Assembly (NCBI GenBank): GCA_950097015.1 | Contig: CATNEN010000034.1 | Coordinates: 6,014,001-6,078,000, forward strand | Source of the DNA: Macrostomum hystrix | Taxonomy: Eukaryota > Animalia > Platyhelminthes | DNA length: 64,000 nucleotides | Direction: 5' to 3' | Part shown: positions 50,845 through 63,598 of the stretch, piece by piece | Layout: the number at the start of each line of letters is the position of its first letter | Position numbering within the stretch: the stretch's first letter is position 1 | The notes under the pieces: model-generated | Seen by the model: only the letters and a program-made list of their open reading frames with translations | What the model was told of the DNA's origin: nothing | Database searches by the model: none | Translations under genes and position numbers: made by a program

Positions 50845-52500
50845 TACCTGACTTTCTCACCAATCATTTACAATCTAGCTACAGTTCTATCTACCTCACT
50901 CTCTCACCAATCATCTACAATCTAGCTACAGTTCTATCTACCTCACTCTCTCACCAATCATTTACAATCTAGCAACAGTTCTATCTACCTCACTCTCTCA
51001 CCAATCATCTACAATCTAGCTACAGTTCTATCTACCTCACTCTCTCACCAATCATTTACAATCTAGCTACAATTCTATCTACCTCACTCTCTCACCAATC
51101 ATCTACAATCTAGCTACAGTTCTATCTACCTCACTCTCTCACCAATCATCTACAATCTATCTACCTCACTCTCTCACCAATCATCTACAATCTAGCTACA
51201 GTTCTATCTACCTCACTCTCTCACCAATCATCTACAATCTAGCTACAGTTCTATCTACCTCACTCTCTCACCAATCATTTACAATCTAGCTACAGTTCTA
51301 TCTACCTCACTCTCTCACCAATCATTTACAATATAGCTACAGTTCTATCTACCTCACTCTCTCACCAATCATCTACAATATAGCTACAGTTCTATCTACC
51401 TCACTCTCTCACCAATCATTTACAATATAGCTACAGCTCTATCAACCTCACTCTCTCACCAATCATCTACAATCTAGCTACAGTTCTATCTACCTCACTC
51501 TCTCACCAATCATCTACAATATAGCTACAGTTCTATCTACCTCACTCTCTCACCAATCCTTTACAATCTAGCTACAGTTCTATCTACCCCACTCCCTCAC
51601 CAATCATCTACAATATAGCTACAGTTCTATCTAACTCACTCTCTCACCAATCATCTACAATCTAGCTACAGTTCTATCTACCCCACTCCCTCACCAATCA
51701 TCTACAATCTAGCTACAGTTCTATCTACCTCACTCTCTCAGCAATCATTTACAATCTAGCTACAGTTCTATCTACCTCACTCTCTCACCAATCATTTACA
51801 ATCTAGCTACAATCTATCTACCTCACTCTCTCACCAATCATTTACAATCTAGCTACAATCTATCTACCTCACTCTCTCACCAATCATTTACAATCTAGCT
51901 ACAGTTCTATCTACCTCACTCTCTCACCAATCATCTACAATCTAGCTACAGTTCTATCTACCTCACTCTCTCACCAATCATTTACAATCTAGCTACAGTT
52001 CTATCTACCTCACTCTCTCACCAATCATCTACAATCTAGCTACAGTTCTATCTACCCCACTCTCTCACCAATCATCTACAATATAGCTACAGTTCTATCT
52101 ACCTCACTCTCTCACCAATCATCTACAATATAGCTACAGTTCTATCTACCTCACTCTCTCACCAATCATTTACAATATAGCTACAGCTCTATCAACCTCA
52201 CTCTCTCACCAATCATCTACAATCTAGCTACAGTTCTATCTACCTCACTCTCTCACCAATCATCTACAATCTAGCTACAGTTCTATCTACCCCACTCCCT
52301 CACCAATCATCTACAATCTAGCTACAGTTCTATCTACCTCACTCTCTCACCAATCATTTACAATCTAGCTACAATCTATCTACCTCACTCTCTCACCAAT
52401 CATTTACAATCTAGCTACAATCTATCTACCTCACTCTTTCATCAATCATTTACAATCTAGCTACAATCTATCTACCTCACTCTCCTAACAGCAATCTACA
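50845..52500. repeat. 47-bp minisatellite (ACAGTTCTATCTACCTCACTCTCTCACCAATCATCTACAATCTAGCT), SOS intron
   Basis: About 35 units. Confidence 0.97.
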
Positions 52501-53544
52501 ATGTACATGTTGCTAAAGTTCTATCACTTTCTCTCCTATGATCTTAGATATATGATAAGTGTATATTGGAGCATTAATTAGAGCATGCCCGCTTTATTTA
52601 TATAACTAAATGCGCAACAAGCCAAGCGCGGATAGATCAGAAGCCCCAGGAACAGACTTTGGCGGTGACGAAAAAAAATAAAAGTGCAAAAATGAATTGG
52701 CCACAGACGCAATAGACACTTCTGTTAACTGTTACTGGTGAAGGATTTGCACAGCACGCAGCAGACAAGTAAGAGTGGAGAGAGAATGCACAGAGTACAC
52801 TGTACTAGTCGCCATAAAACTTGATCAAATCTAAACTTTCTTTAATAACAATAATAAATTAGTTGCTGTTACAGGACAAAGTTGAATCACAATCTGGCGC
52901 AGAACCCAAGGACCCCAGAGTCCAGACAAGGAAAGTTTCGAAAAATTTGTCTAGCCTTCGACACACAACAACAGAAGCTACATAAAAAACGTCTGCACTG
53001 GTAAGAATAGCGGTTTAACTTAGCTATATAGAATTAAGATTATTACTCATTGCTCAAATATAGAAAGCAGGAGACATAGAGAGAGCCGATTGGAATGCAA
53101 GGATTGCCAGGAATTTCCGTTATCAAATGTGCTAAGCAAGCGCACACAAACACGCATTACACAGAGACCCATAAACGTTACTAATTAATTATGAATAGCT
53201 TGTAGAATTGAGAGTTGATTAACACTAACAATTGTCTATTTCTTTAACTTTGGTCGCTTCTTTGTGTTTCCATTCGTAAGCACAATGCTGAGCAGCGCAA
53301 CATCTTTTCACTACTTAGTTAATAGAAGTTTGTTGAAGTATATAACATCCTTACTCGTTAACTCGTCAAAAACAAACGAGTACCGAGTATCGTTCAAGTA
53401 CATCTCGAAGTTAAGCAGTTGCATGGTACTAAATTGCTTAATAGTCAGATTTTAAATTTACGGTAAAAGCCCGATATTAAATTTTCAAAAACCGAGAACT
53501 TTAATGAGCTCAAAACAAACAAATTCCTGAATTTTAGAACATCG

Positions 53545-53982
53545 GCATCGTCGAGATATTCAAAGATCCTCTTCGGGGTGTAAGGTGACGAAATCCACCA
53601 ATGTAGGCATACTTTTTCTGCTCAAAGTATATATATAATCATGTAACTATGCCGGCTTCACAAACTATGTCAATCAGTCGCAGGGACCTTTGTTCTCAAC
53701 ATCCCAGTCGGAAGAGTCCCCGTTTGGAGCATCCGTCGGGACATTGAAGGAAAGCACCCGATCGGCAACTCAAAAACAGCTGCTTTTGTTGAAACTCCCG
53801 AAGGAGCATCATTGATGCTCCAGACGGCGATGAAGGGGACACTGATGCCTGGGATGCTGAGAACAAAGTTCCCAGATGTACTCAAGATTATTGAACCAAT
53901 ATAGATTCGCCATAGAGGTTTATACAGGGCAATATTAGGTGTCCTTGTCACCGACAATAGTCGCTGAATATCTCGACGATGC
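53545..53982. mobile_element. Imperfect foldback / MITE-like inverted repeat in SOS intron 2
   Basis: Perfect 18-bp inverted pair at 53545-62 / 53965-82 and a 23/25 inverted pair at 53683-707 / 53849-73. Confidence 0.6.
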
Positions 53983-54265
53983 TGACGTCGGACGGCTTTG
54001 AAAGTTAGTTCAGTTTGGCAGTAGGAAGTAGGTATTTGAAATACCCCCGTAGTATTTTTAAGGGTAAAACAGCATGGTCTTTCTACTGTTAACACCTAAA
54101 ATGCAAACGGTAGAACTGAAAATTAAGAGTTTATACTCTTTGTGCCCACCGCAGCATCTAAGGCTGTGTAGAGCTTTTCTGTACTGGACTGGAGGCGGCC
54201 GCTCCCACCCGAATTGCTACCATTTTAAGATAATGCACAGAATCACACCATCTCAAGCTACGCAC

Positions 54266-55916
54266 CGTCTTCAGCTCCGTTGGCACCGGCCAATCTACCC
54301 GGCTTAACGTGATCAATAAGCACGAATCGATGCTGCAGCAGGTAGACAACTCGCTTTAATCGGTATTCGTCGTTTAAACTGCGCAGGGACAGAACCTTGC
54401 CAGCCTTTAGCACAAACAATCGATTATTAAACAGATAAACTCGACGCTCCTGATATCTGCTTGATCGTTCAACCTGAAATAGGACGCCCTCCTTATAGAA
54501 GATTGTACAGCGCGGCTTGGCACTCTCCAGTTCAGGCGGCGAGCGGGTCATTGTGCGCAACTGTGACAGCTTTTTATTGCATGCCCAATCCGTGTGCTTG
54601 GAATCCGGGGCGCTCATTAGAACGTGAAAGAATAGGCGAGACGCCAGAGAGCTTAGTAATGCGGCTCGAGGCTGCTGGCTCGATGATAAACGATTGTTTG
54701 ACGCAGCAAAAGCAGCCGCAACAGACGCGGATTCTTCATCAGATAGGGTGCCAAAATCGGCACCAGTAGGACTGACGCCTAAAGACGTTGCATCGTCACT
54801 ATTGCCGCCGATGCTGCCAGAGCTAGTCTGTGGCAGCGGAACTGGCCGCCTCTCGTACTCGTCCAGTGTGCACTTGACGGCATGCCTAGTGGACACCAGA
54901 ATAGACCGGGTCTGCAGTATGGTGTCGCGATCGTCGCTGCACACCTCGGCAGCTGGCAGCGAGGATGAGGATCGACGCCTTTCTGAATTGAACCCGCTGG
55001 CAACCGGGCTGCCGCTGAGCGAGTACTGCTGCTGCAGATCGAAATCGTCGACAGCATTTAGATTAGCATCACCGCCTCTGTTGCCGCCATTCCTGTGCCT
55101 CATATTTTTCTCTTGCAGTTTTTCAAAACGCTCCAGTATTTTATCGTAATATAGGAAGTGATAGATTGGCACTAGCAGCAGTTTGGGCAGCAGGTAGCGA
55201 CACGCCAGCAGCATGACGGCCCGAACCTCCTCGCTATTTTCTAAAGAACTCGAAGCTGTTAATGTTAATGTGGAAGCAGTGTTATTAGACGACCATGTCG
55301 ATAACAAGGCTGAATCAGACACCTGGTGCTGGTGCTGAGAGGAATCGCTGTCTGCAGGCAATGAAAACGACTTTCTGAATGCCACAGCGGAGGCTGGCTG
55401 TACAGGACTTGTCATCGAAGACAAGAGTACATAGTAGTTCTGGTGCCCAGCCGCTTGTAATTCAATCTCGCGTCCAACTGAATCAAATTTTTCTAGCACT
55501 TGACGATTGCCCAAGAGATCAAATAGTCGATCGCGGCACTTGCTGGATAAGATATCCTGCGCGTACTTGGCGTAGCTGTCAAAGTAGCCCTCCTCGGACA
55601 ATTCATAAAAGCAATGACCTATTGGTGGATGCTCGGTAATGTTTCTACTATCGTCTAAGGCGACGTAAAGAAAATTAGTGCACTCGGTGATGGCCGGCAG
55701 TGCGCTAAATATAGTATCAACATCTGGCGAACTGGGGCTCAGATCCACCAGGGGCTGTTTAAACAGCTGGCCAATGATTTGCAACTGTTGAGCGAATGTC
55801 TCTTCAAAGTAGATTAGCTCGTTGATTGCGTGACGATAATCGTTTGGGAAATTGACCATGTAGTCCTGCTCGCAGGCCGGCGAAGCTTGGTTGGAGAAGA
55901 AAGTGTCCACCACTAT
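54266..55916 (-). CDS. SOS1: Son of Sevenless, exon 2/10 (DH domain and first half of PH domain)
   Basis: IGHCFYELSEEGYFDSYAKYAQDI, RYLLPKLLLVPIYHFLYY, ERRVYLFNNRL and EYRLK. Acceptor aattcag|. The donor is probably G|gtgcgt (an alternative gtagat lies nearby). Confidence 0.9.
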
Positions 55917-56039
55917 CTGAATTGACGGGAGAGGAATAATGAGGCTATTGTAAAGATCGAAATAAAAAAATGTAAGAAAATCAATGCTATTGATAGGACA
56001 AATACAAATATTATATTATTGATTACACCTGCCGAATTT

Positions 56040-56250
56040 ATCCAGATGAACAGCCGACAGCACAGTCGCAGCAATAGTGCAGCGCTTGAGTCCATGCTCA
56101 AACAACTGACGGTTGTTCAGTACATGGACTGTGGGGACGCTACACCCATCCTTAATGACCCCCAGCAGAGTCCTGCTAAAGGACATAAATTGTTCCAGCA
56201 AAGTCCGGAATCGAACCCCCGATACTCTAACCAATAGGTTACAACCCCTA
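56040..56250 (-). mobile_element. tRNA-derived SINE (family A), internally deleted
   Basis: CAGCCGACAGCACAG, GGACATAAATTGTTCCAG, GGAATCGAACCCCC and GGTTACAACCCCTA match family A, but the CORE segment is missing. Confidence 0.75.
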
Positions 56251-56570
56251 TTCCTACAATAGGGACAGTAGAAAGGACTAACCATGCGAGCAAAAAAGGA
56301 AATAAATAAGAATAAAGTTTTTCTACTTATTTCGAGTTTTCTAATACACCCAACTCAGCAGGCCCATCTCAGAGCAAATCCAAACAAACCAAAAGGTCAC
56401 GCTTATGAAAGTTTAGCCAAAAACACTTTAAAGCTTAATGACACTAGGCCAGTTAGGCCGTGTACTGCTGTCCAGTCTATGGACTAGGGGAGTAGGGGCA
56501 AAATGGAATTTAAAGCTTTAAACGCTGATTTGAAGGCGAAAAAAATAACGAGAAATACCAAAAAACTTAC

Positions 56571-57113
56571 TCGAACATCAACTTTCTTAATCTCAGAAAT
56601 TTTAATCTTCATCATGTAGGTCAGGGTGACTCTTAGAATCTCGCATAGCACAAATTCTGTAACTAGAACAATGAAGAGGCAGACGATTTCATCGCAGCGC
56701 ACCGACTTGTGCACAATGTCGTACAGGGTGGCATTTTTCTTCTTCTTGCGTTGAGCCTGATCGCGCAGTTCAGCTAAGGGGTCGGGATCCAGGTTGCACG
56801 ATGCATAGACATTCGATAGCCTGTCCATTGCCTCGAAGATGTCACTAGGCGACTGGGGCTCGAATAAGCTAGCCAACTTCTCAATGGCATAGTTCTCAAG
56901 GTATTCTTGAGCATCGTCGGTAATGGTCAAACTAAATCTACCTTGTTCGTGCACTTTTTTAAACATGCGACAGATCGCCGGTTTAAGTCTGCCACGCAAA
57001 TTGCGTCGGAACGGATCGCCGGGCAGCAGCTGCTGCTGCTGCAGACTAAACTGCTGACTAGAACTAGTAACTGTGCTAATCAGTGACTGCTGCGAAGGAA
57101 ATCTGGAGGACAT
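56571..57113 (-). CDS. SOS1: Son of Sevenless, exon 1/10 (tandem histone-fold domain)
   Basis: MSSRFP...RGRLKPAICRMFKKVH, DDAQEYLE and IVLVTEFVLCEILRV...EIKKVDVR|gtaagt match the SOS histone domain. The first in-frame ATG is at 57113. Confidence 0.88.
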
Positions 57114-59536
57114 TGCCACAGCAGCCAACCCAAACGGCTGGCGTTGAAACGCGTCAAAAATGTTGGATAGATGCACAATAACTTGAAGCCCAATTCAGCC
57201 GTGAACACAAATTAATTTCAATTTCTTTATAAATAGCTGATCCAGATATGCTTGTTTTAGCAAAAAACCTGATGAAAAACACAGGCAGGAGAAAGCAGAT
57301 AAAGTTGACTGATCAAACTGAAAGGAAATGTATTCAATCATTGTATATCCATATTTTTCTTTGTGCAACCAAAAAACAAAGAACAAAAAAATAGAACTAA
57401 AATCTTAAATGTTACAATCATGTCACATGTTACAATTTGTGATCTTAAAGTGCTTTGGGTCTGAATACTTTTGTATTACCTCATGTTAAAAACTGCTTTT
57501 TGGCACACTTGCAGTAAAGAAATAAAATACAGAAAATAATTTAAGTTCTTTCATTATAGCAATCACTATCTTGTACTCATTTTTATCTGTGTTTGGCATC
57601 AATACAAAAATGTCATGGAAAAGCAATACTCCAATACTTATATTATCTGTTCTTTATATCTTTAATCTTTCAATATTTTGTTACTCCTATTATTATTATT
57701 GTTAATTATTTTTCAAATACATCTATTACCCCTCATGAATGTGGCATTTGGTGGCACAGAGCACTGTGTCCTTCAGGATGAAAATGCACCTCTGCTTGTG
57801 TGTACCTTGCATTGTCCAGCCTGATGTCCAGAAATGAACCCAATTACCCAATAGAACATGTCTGAGATTACGATTTGAAAGGACAATCCTCAACACACAT
57901 CGCCAAGTTGTGCAATGCTCTGTATGCTAATTGGCGACAACTCTCACAAGATCTTCTGTGGCACCTTGTTCTGGAGATGCCTTAATTGTGTGAATGCTCT
58001 GTCGCACACTTTATGTTGCTATACAAATTATTGACAACTAATATAATGGACTATAAATTAAGACTACTGTTGCTATACTGTTGTTTCTTATACTACTATT
58101 CAACCATGTTACATGTTCTTTGGCTTTTTCTTTCTTTGCTTTTGTCTATGATTCTGAAGTAAAGCTTGAAATTCTATTTTTCTTTGATTGTTAGATAGTG
58201 TTAGATAAAATAGCATTTTGTGGTGTAGTTGTGACAGTGGGCTTTTAAATTTGACTTTTATTTTTGATCTCACAAAGCAGGCTATTTATGGCCAATTTGA
58301 AAATACACATGTGGGCTTTGAAATTTGACAGAAGGTAGACATTTAGTCATCCAAACACTTGTCTATGGCTAAATCAAATGAACTCAAACAGGCTTGTAAA
58401 GTTTGCTGCCCAAAAAAGAATTAATAATTTTCTGTTATTAAGACATATAAGAGAAAAACCAATCCATGCAAAAACAATACAAGAAAAAAGACACCTCATT
58501 TACAAGCTAAGCATAGAGGTCAGTCAGTAGGATACATTTCTCAAATGCAAGACATCAAGCAAAACTCCATATGCGACATCTGCCATACGTTTTTGGAAAG
58601 GAGATGCACTGCCTAGTGATAGAACAAAGAACCTATAAGATCATCAAACCAAAGAGACTTTCTGCTACCTGCAATGGATGAAAATCCATTGGTCATGTTG
58701 CAACAGCTAAGCATTGCACATTTTGCATAGCTTGGTTCCCAGTAATAATTTTTTTTAATTTACTCAGCAAATTTATGAACAATAGTGAATTATGCAAGCA
58801 TAACCTTTGCCTTAGTTACTAAATATCTGTCTACTGTCCAATTTCAAAGCCAACATGTGTATTTTTAATTGTCCATAGACAACTGGCACTTTAGAGTGCT
58901 AGCAAAAGCTTATTGTCCAATTTAAAAGGCTAATGTCCTAACTACACAGCAAATTTTTAATGCAGTAATTACTAATATTAAGGTTATTAGTTGGCATTTA
59001 AAAAAGTTTAAAAAACGAATCTAGAAAAATATCACAAAATGAGCTCACATGTTAATTATGATCATTAACTTCTAATAAAAAAATACAATAAGCTAATAAA
59101 GAACCAGTTTCTCCTCAATAGTAGCCCATAATTTACTTGCATACCTCAATCCTACAATACAAAGAAACAAAATTTCTAGCATAAACTATATGCAAAATGG
59201 TCCCAACTACAGTGTGCCAGAGCAAGTGGGTCATGACCTTCAAAAGCATCTACTCTATAGATTTTCTACAACATAAACACAAGGTGAAACAAAAATATAC
59301 TGTCATCTCAAGTCTCAACACCTGTCATTAGTATAAAATCTTTTTTTTCTTTTTAAATATTCCACCAAAATTTTCATAATAAATATGAAAAAAACTTATC
59401 TTTGAATTTAAATAAAATGACAGAATTGCACTGGCACTAGCACTAGGCCTAGGCTAGGGCCTACTTAGTATTGACTTAGAGGCATATTTCTACATTAAAA
59501 GATAGGTCCCAATCCCAAGTCTAATACACATCATAA

Positions 59537-60376
59537 GGTACCTGGACACTTCGTCATCTTACAACTTTGTCATCCAGATGACGATCTGTCCAATATCTCA
59601 GAGGGTGGATGACGAAGAGACTTAGACTTGTGGACACTTTGTCATAGCCTATAAAACAAAAGTTTTCAAAGTTAGAACAGAACCACCCCTCCTTACCTCG
59701 TGTTGGCACCTATCTTTCAACTCTTGTATTGAAATCAGTTTTGACACCTCTTTTTGACAATTTAGAGTGTGAAGTGTGTTCACACCTCTGCCCCACCACC
59801 CCACCCTCACTTTATTGATGACAAACTTGATTGCTTGTTATTAGTAGATGACGAACTGACCAAACTTTAAAGCATGCCAATTGGTTGGATGACGAAGTGT
59901 CCTACCTTCCAAGACCTTTTAAACTTTCCTCGACTTGGGATTTCACGACTCCAATCCCGACTTCTAATGCAGACGGCAAACTTTTTAATGGTCCCCCCTT
60001 ACAGATTCAAGTCAGGATTCGAGTCAGGAATTCCCGACTCCTAATGCAGATGGCAAACTTTGTAATGGTCCCCCCTTACAGATTCGAGTCAGGAATTCCC
60101 TACTCCTAATGCAGACAGCAAACTTTGTAATGGTCCACCCTTACAGATTCGAGTCGGGATTCGAGGTGGTATACCAGCATATGTAATTCAAGTTTAAGAA
60201 AATAATTCGAGTCGGAAATGGATTTGCAAAATTTGTAATGGTCCCAGGTCCCCCCTTACAGATTCGAGTCGGGATTCGAGTCGGGATTGGAGTCGGGAAA
60301 TCCCGAGTCGCGGAAAGTTTAAAAGGTCCTTCAAAGTGGATGACGAAGTTGTAAGATGACGAAGTGTCTAGGATCC
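59537..60376. mobile_element. Non-autonomous TIR element (MULE-like MITE) containing a nested second TIR element
   Basis: Outer 40-bp TIRs (36/40 match) with a near-TSD acatcataa/catacataa. Inner TIR pair of about 52 bp at 59910-59962 / 60279-60331 encloses about 65-bp tandem repeats. Confidence 0.75.
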
Positions 60377-61509
60377 CATACATAATAGTTGTACATTGTA
60401 ATTTGTAACAAATTAGCTTAAAAATAAAAACAAACCACACATAGCTGCAATTTTATTCACTTTGCTAGAAGCTTGTGTTGTGTTTTATATTGTTAGCTAG
60501 GTGGCGTGGCTGTAACTCTGTCGAAGTTTTAAATAAATTAGGCCTGACGAAAATTAACAAAAGCCAAATGACAGAACATGACACATACAAGCAGAATTGA
60601 ACTCTTTTTAGAATACCCTGCAGACACAAGCTCAGTAACGATTGAAATAAAGTTGAGGTTTTCATTCGTTTATGTTTTGACGGTAATTCGTTTATGCCGG
60701 TAAAAGTCGTAGTTTACTTGTCAGCATGAAAAATATTTAGTTTCTTTGAAAAAAAACATGCTACAAATTAAAAAATTTAAACAAAAAAACGCAAAACTAA
60801 ATCTTTACTTACCATTTCTATCATCTTAAGCAAGAGCTATAAAGAGAATGTATAAAAAGGTATAAAGGTATTTGTTTTAGTTAAAAAGATTCGCAAAAAG
60901 TATGAAATTTAAAATAATTATGTGGAAATAGTAATTTCACACAAATTACAAATCTACAAGTTGTATAGGACCGTTCTTTCGGTACCAGTTCCAGTTCCAG
61001 TTCTAAAGAAATTGTAAATAAATATATTGCTACCCAAAATCTATTTCTAAATTTCTAATGTATCTAAATATCATGTTCACCTTCCCTTTCCTTGCTCCCT
61101 CTTTTTTAACCACGTGCTTTCATCATCCTCTTTAATTGAGACTGCAGACTTCGGTGCTATATATGATATTTATAGCCTAGTTACTTATTTATCATTTATA
61201 TGAGTTAAGTTTACGTTTTTAATAAAAATATTGAATTTTTCGTACGGAATACTTCGCTTTCATTTTTTCCACTTTTGTGCTAATATAGAGCTGCCTTAAT
61301 ATATATTATACCTTACTTTTCGAACACTTTTCCGAATTCATCCAAATAGACATAAAATAACATAAGCAAAACAGGCTGCTTGCCTTAGCCAGCCTACCTA
61401 CCTAAAAACTTCCAACAACTAGCAACTCAAGAGTAATAGTAGCTAGGGTAATGTATCATCAACCAAACAAGAATATGGATTTTTTTAACTTCGAACCTAA
61501 GCAACAGAT

Positions 61510-61620
61510 TTTCGGTAACAGGACAATTCGGTAACATATCAAGGGACAGTTCGGTAACAATTGATTAAACTGGATCGGAAGGGTTTTTTGCGAAATTATT
61601 TTATATTTAGTTCGGTAAAG
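61510..61620. mobile_element. Probable terminal/subterminal repeats of the MULE element
   Basis: TTCGGTAA occurs four times (twice as GGACANTTCGGTAAC) just downstream of the transposase stop. Confidence 0.5.
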
Positions 61621-61774
61621 TTACAAAGTAAAATCAAAAGTAAAATTGCATGTTACATATTTCACATTTGGGCGTCAAATAAAAAATAAAACGTTAAAAC
61701 TAAAAGCTAAAACTGAAACTGAACTGAAACTAAGACTGAAACTGAAACTAAGACTGAAGTCAAAGAAAAACATG

Positions 61775-63598
61775 TTACTTAGCGACAATGTACCGTGCTG
61801 CGGCCCGCAAAATTTGATTTGCCGTTTTCGTCCCAGCCTGATACTCTGCCCAATACTGAAAGATCTTCGCCTCCTTTGACTGATGAGCGCGTCTCTGATA
61901 GCGGCAAAGTCTCTCCTGGGACACCAGCTTCGCCTGGAGAGAGGCCACCCTTGCCTCATTGAAAAGGAGCGCAGCTAGCTTGTAGAAGCCAAGGTTACCG
62001 CTTCGCACCCTCTGATTGAGTCGATTGTGATAACCTTCCAGGCCATTTTTGGTTCGAATGCTGCGGTTGAAAACGCTAACTTCGTCGAGCTGCCAGACAT
62101 GACTGTGGATCCACGTGTTAGCGATGTACTCACAGAGTGCGCTCAGCTGCTCATTTTCTACTGCCTGTTACAACTCCAAGAACTGAGCTTCCATGCGATT
62201 GCCAGGCAGAAAAGGGAGCGCCATTAATTTTTGGCAAAAGGCTCGGACTGTCTCATTGTTGGCATATGCCACTTGTAGGCCCAATGACTGCACTTGCCGC
62301 CAAATGGCTTGGGAGTAGTGGAAGTTGCAACCATGTCGCTTAACTTCCGGAAAAACTGACCTGACAGCTCTCCACATCGCTGCTTCAAAGTCGAGTCTGA
62401 TGCTGATGAGCTGGCAGTCAGGAAGCATGTCTTTCAGAGCCTGTAACACTCGCCGGTAGTCCCGCTTGCTCTTGCCAGACATGAGAATGAATACCAAAGG
62501 TATTTGCTTGATGGACTCGTTCCGGCGTACATAGCCATGGAAGATGTAGAGCTGCAGAAATGGCTCCTTCACAACAAAAAATGTTCCGTCACCATACCAC
62601 TCTTTACATTGTCCCAGCAGCTGTAACTGTACATCGCTTGCAAAGATAAAGTGGCGTCGCCCATTTTCCTCAATGCGGACCTCACTTCGAAGAAAATTGT
62701 CTGGCAGTGCATCCTCGTGAACTTGGAAAAGCAGATCTCGTGGTTCGATGGGGCGCAGTGCAGCTCGCGCTCTATTCCCAGCTTTCGCAAGCAATTCTAG
62801 CTTTGACAACTGCGGCAAGCCTTGTAACTTGTCTTCATTTTCCAGCATGAGTTGTTCGGCGATTTCAGCTGCTGGCTTGAATATCTCCTGTCGAGCTTGA
62901 TCACGCACATCGCGAACAATCTCTCTTCGCATCGATGGTTGTCCGACTGGCTGGCAGGTGTGCTCGCTCCTGCCAGAGGTGTATACACCATTTGCCTCAA
63001 TAGCGGAAGCAGCACATTTAGTGTTCGTGTTTCGGATTGTGCACCTCCAGTATGTTCGGTCACCACGACTGAACTGTCGACTGTAACTGAATCCATCAGA
63101 GCGGACCAGAATGTCCTTCCCCTTCTCAGAAGCACGTGGAATGAGAGTGAAGACAATAGGCACTGCTTGATGTGCTATAACCTGTGGTGGAGCATCTTCA
63201 TCCATAGAGCTCTCTATATTGGCAGGGTGTTGTGGCTGCAGATCTGGTCGTAGGTCATCTTGAGCGAGCTCTATTTCCTCATCAGAAGAGCTCTCCATGG
63301 GGACATCCTGCTGCTGCTGTTGTTGTTGTTGATGATGATGCAGTTGCTGCAGTTCATGTTGATGCTGATGCGGTTGCTGTTGCTGTTGCTGATGCTGAGG
63401 CTGTGGTTGTGGTTGTGGTTGCCGGCAGTTGTTGCATCTCCATTGAAAGCAATCAAGTTGCTGAAGGGCACGGTACTCCAGCTGGCTGATGCCACTGCCA
63501 CAAGTGCGGTGTTGCCAGCAGTGACACTCATCGCATTGTAGACCTTGTTGTAGCCTACGTACGTCATTGAAACAAACGACGCAGGCTGCGTGGTTCAT
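61775..63598 (-). pseudogene. PHD-finger + FLYWCH + MULE (Mutator) DDE transposase, interrupted by one premature TAA at 62168-62170
   Basis: PHD C4HC3 (CVVC..CDEC..WQHRTC..WRCNNC); FLYWCH (KGKDILVRSDGFSY..TYWRC..C..H); WYGDGTF, LDFEAAM, GCNFHYSQAIWR; after the stop the same frame gives RTKNGLEGYHNRL and joins ORF 61775..62008. Confidence 0.92.

Noticed and set aside
55917-56570. Possible SOS micro-exon supplying the about 7 residues missing between the histone fold and DH domain
   Set aside because: No AG/GT-bounded in-frame candidate was found, and direct exon 1-2 splicing is already in frame.
57720-58740. Cys/His-rich fragments resembling decayed zinc-finger sequence upstream of SOS
   Set aside because: There are multiple stops and frame changes, with no complete C2H2 motif.
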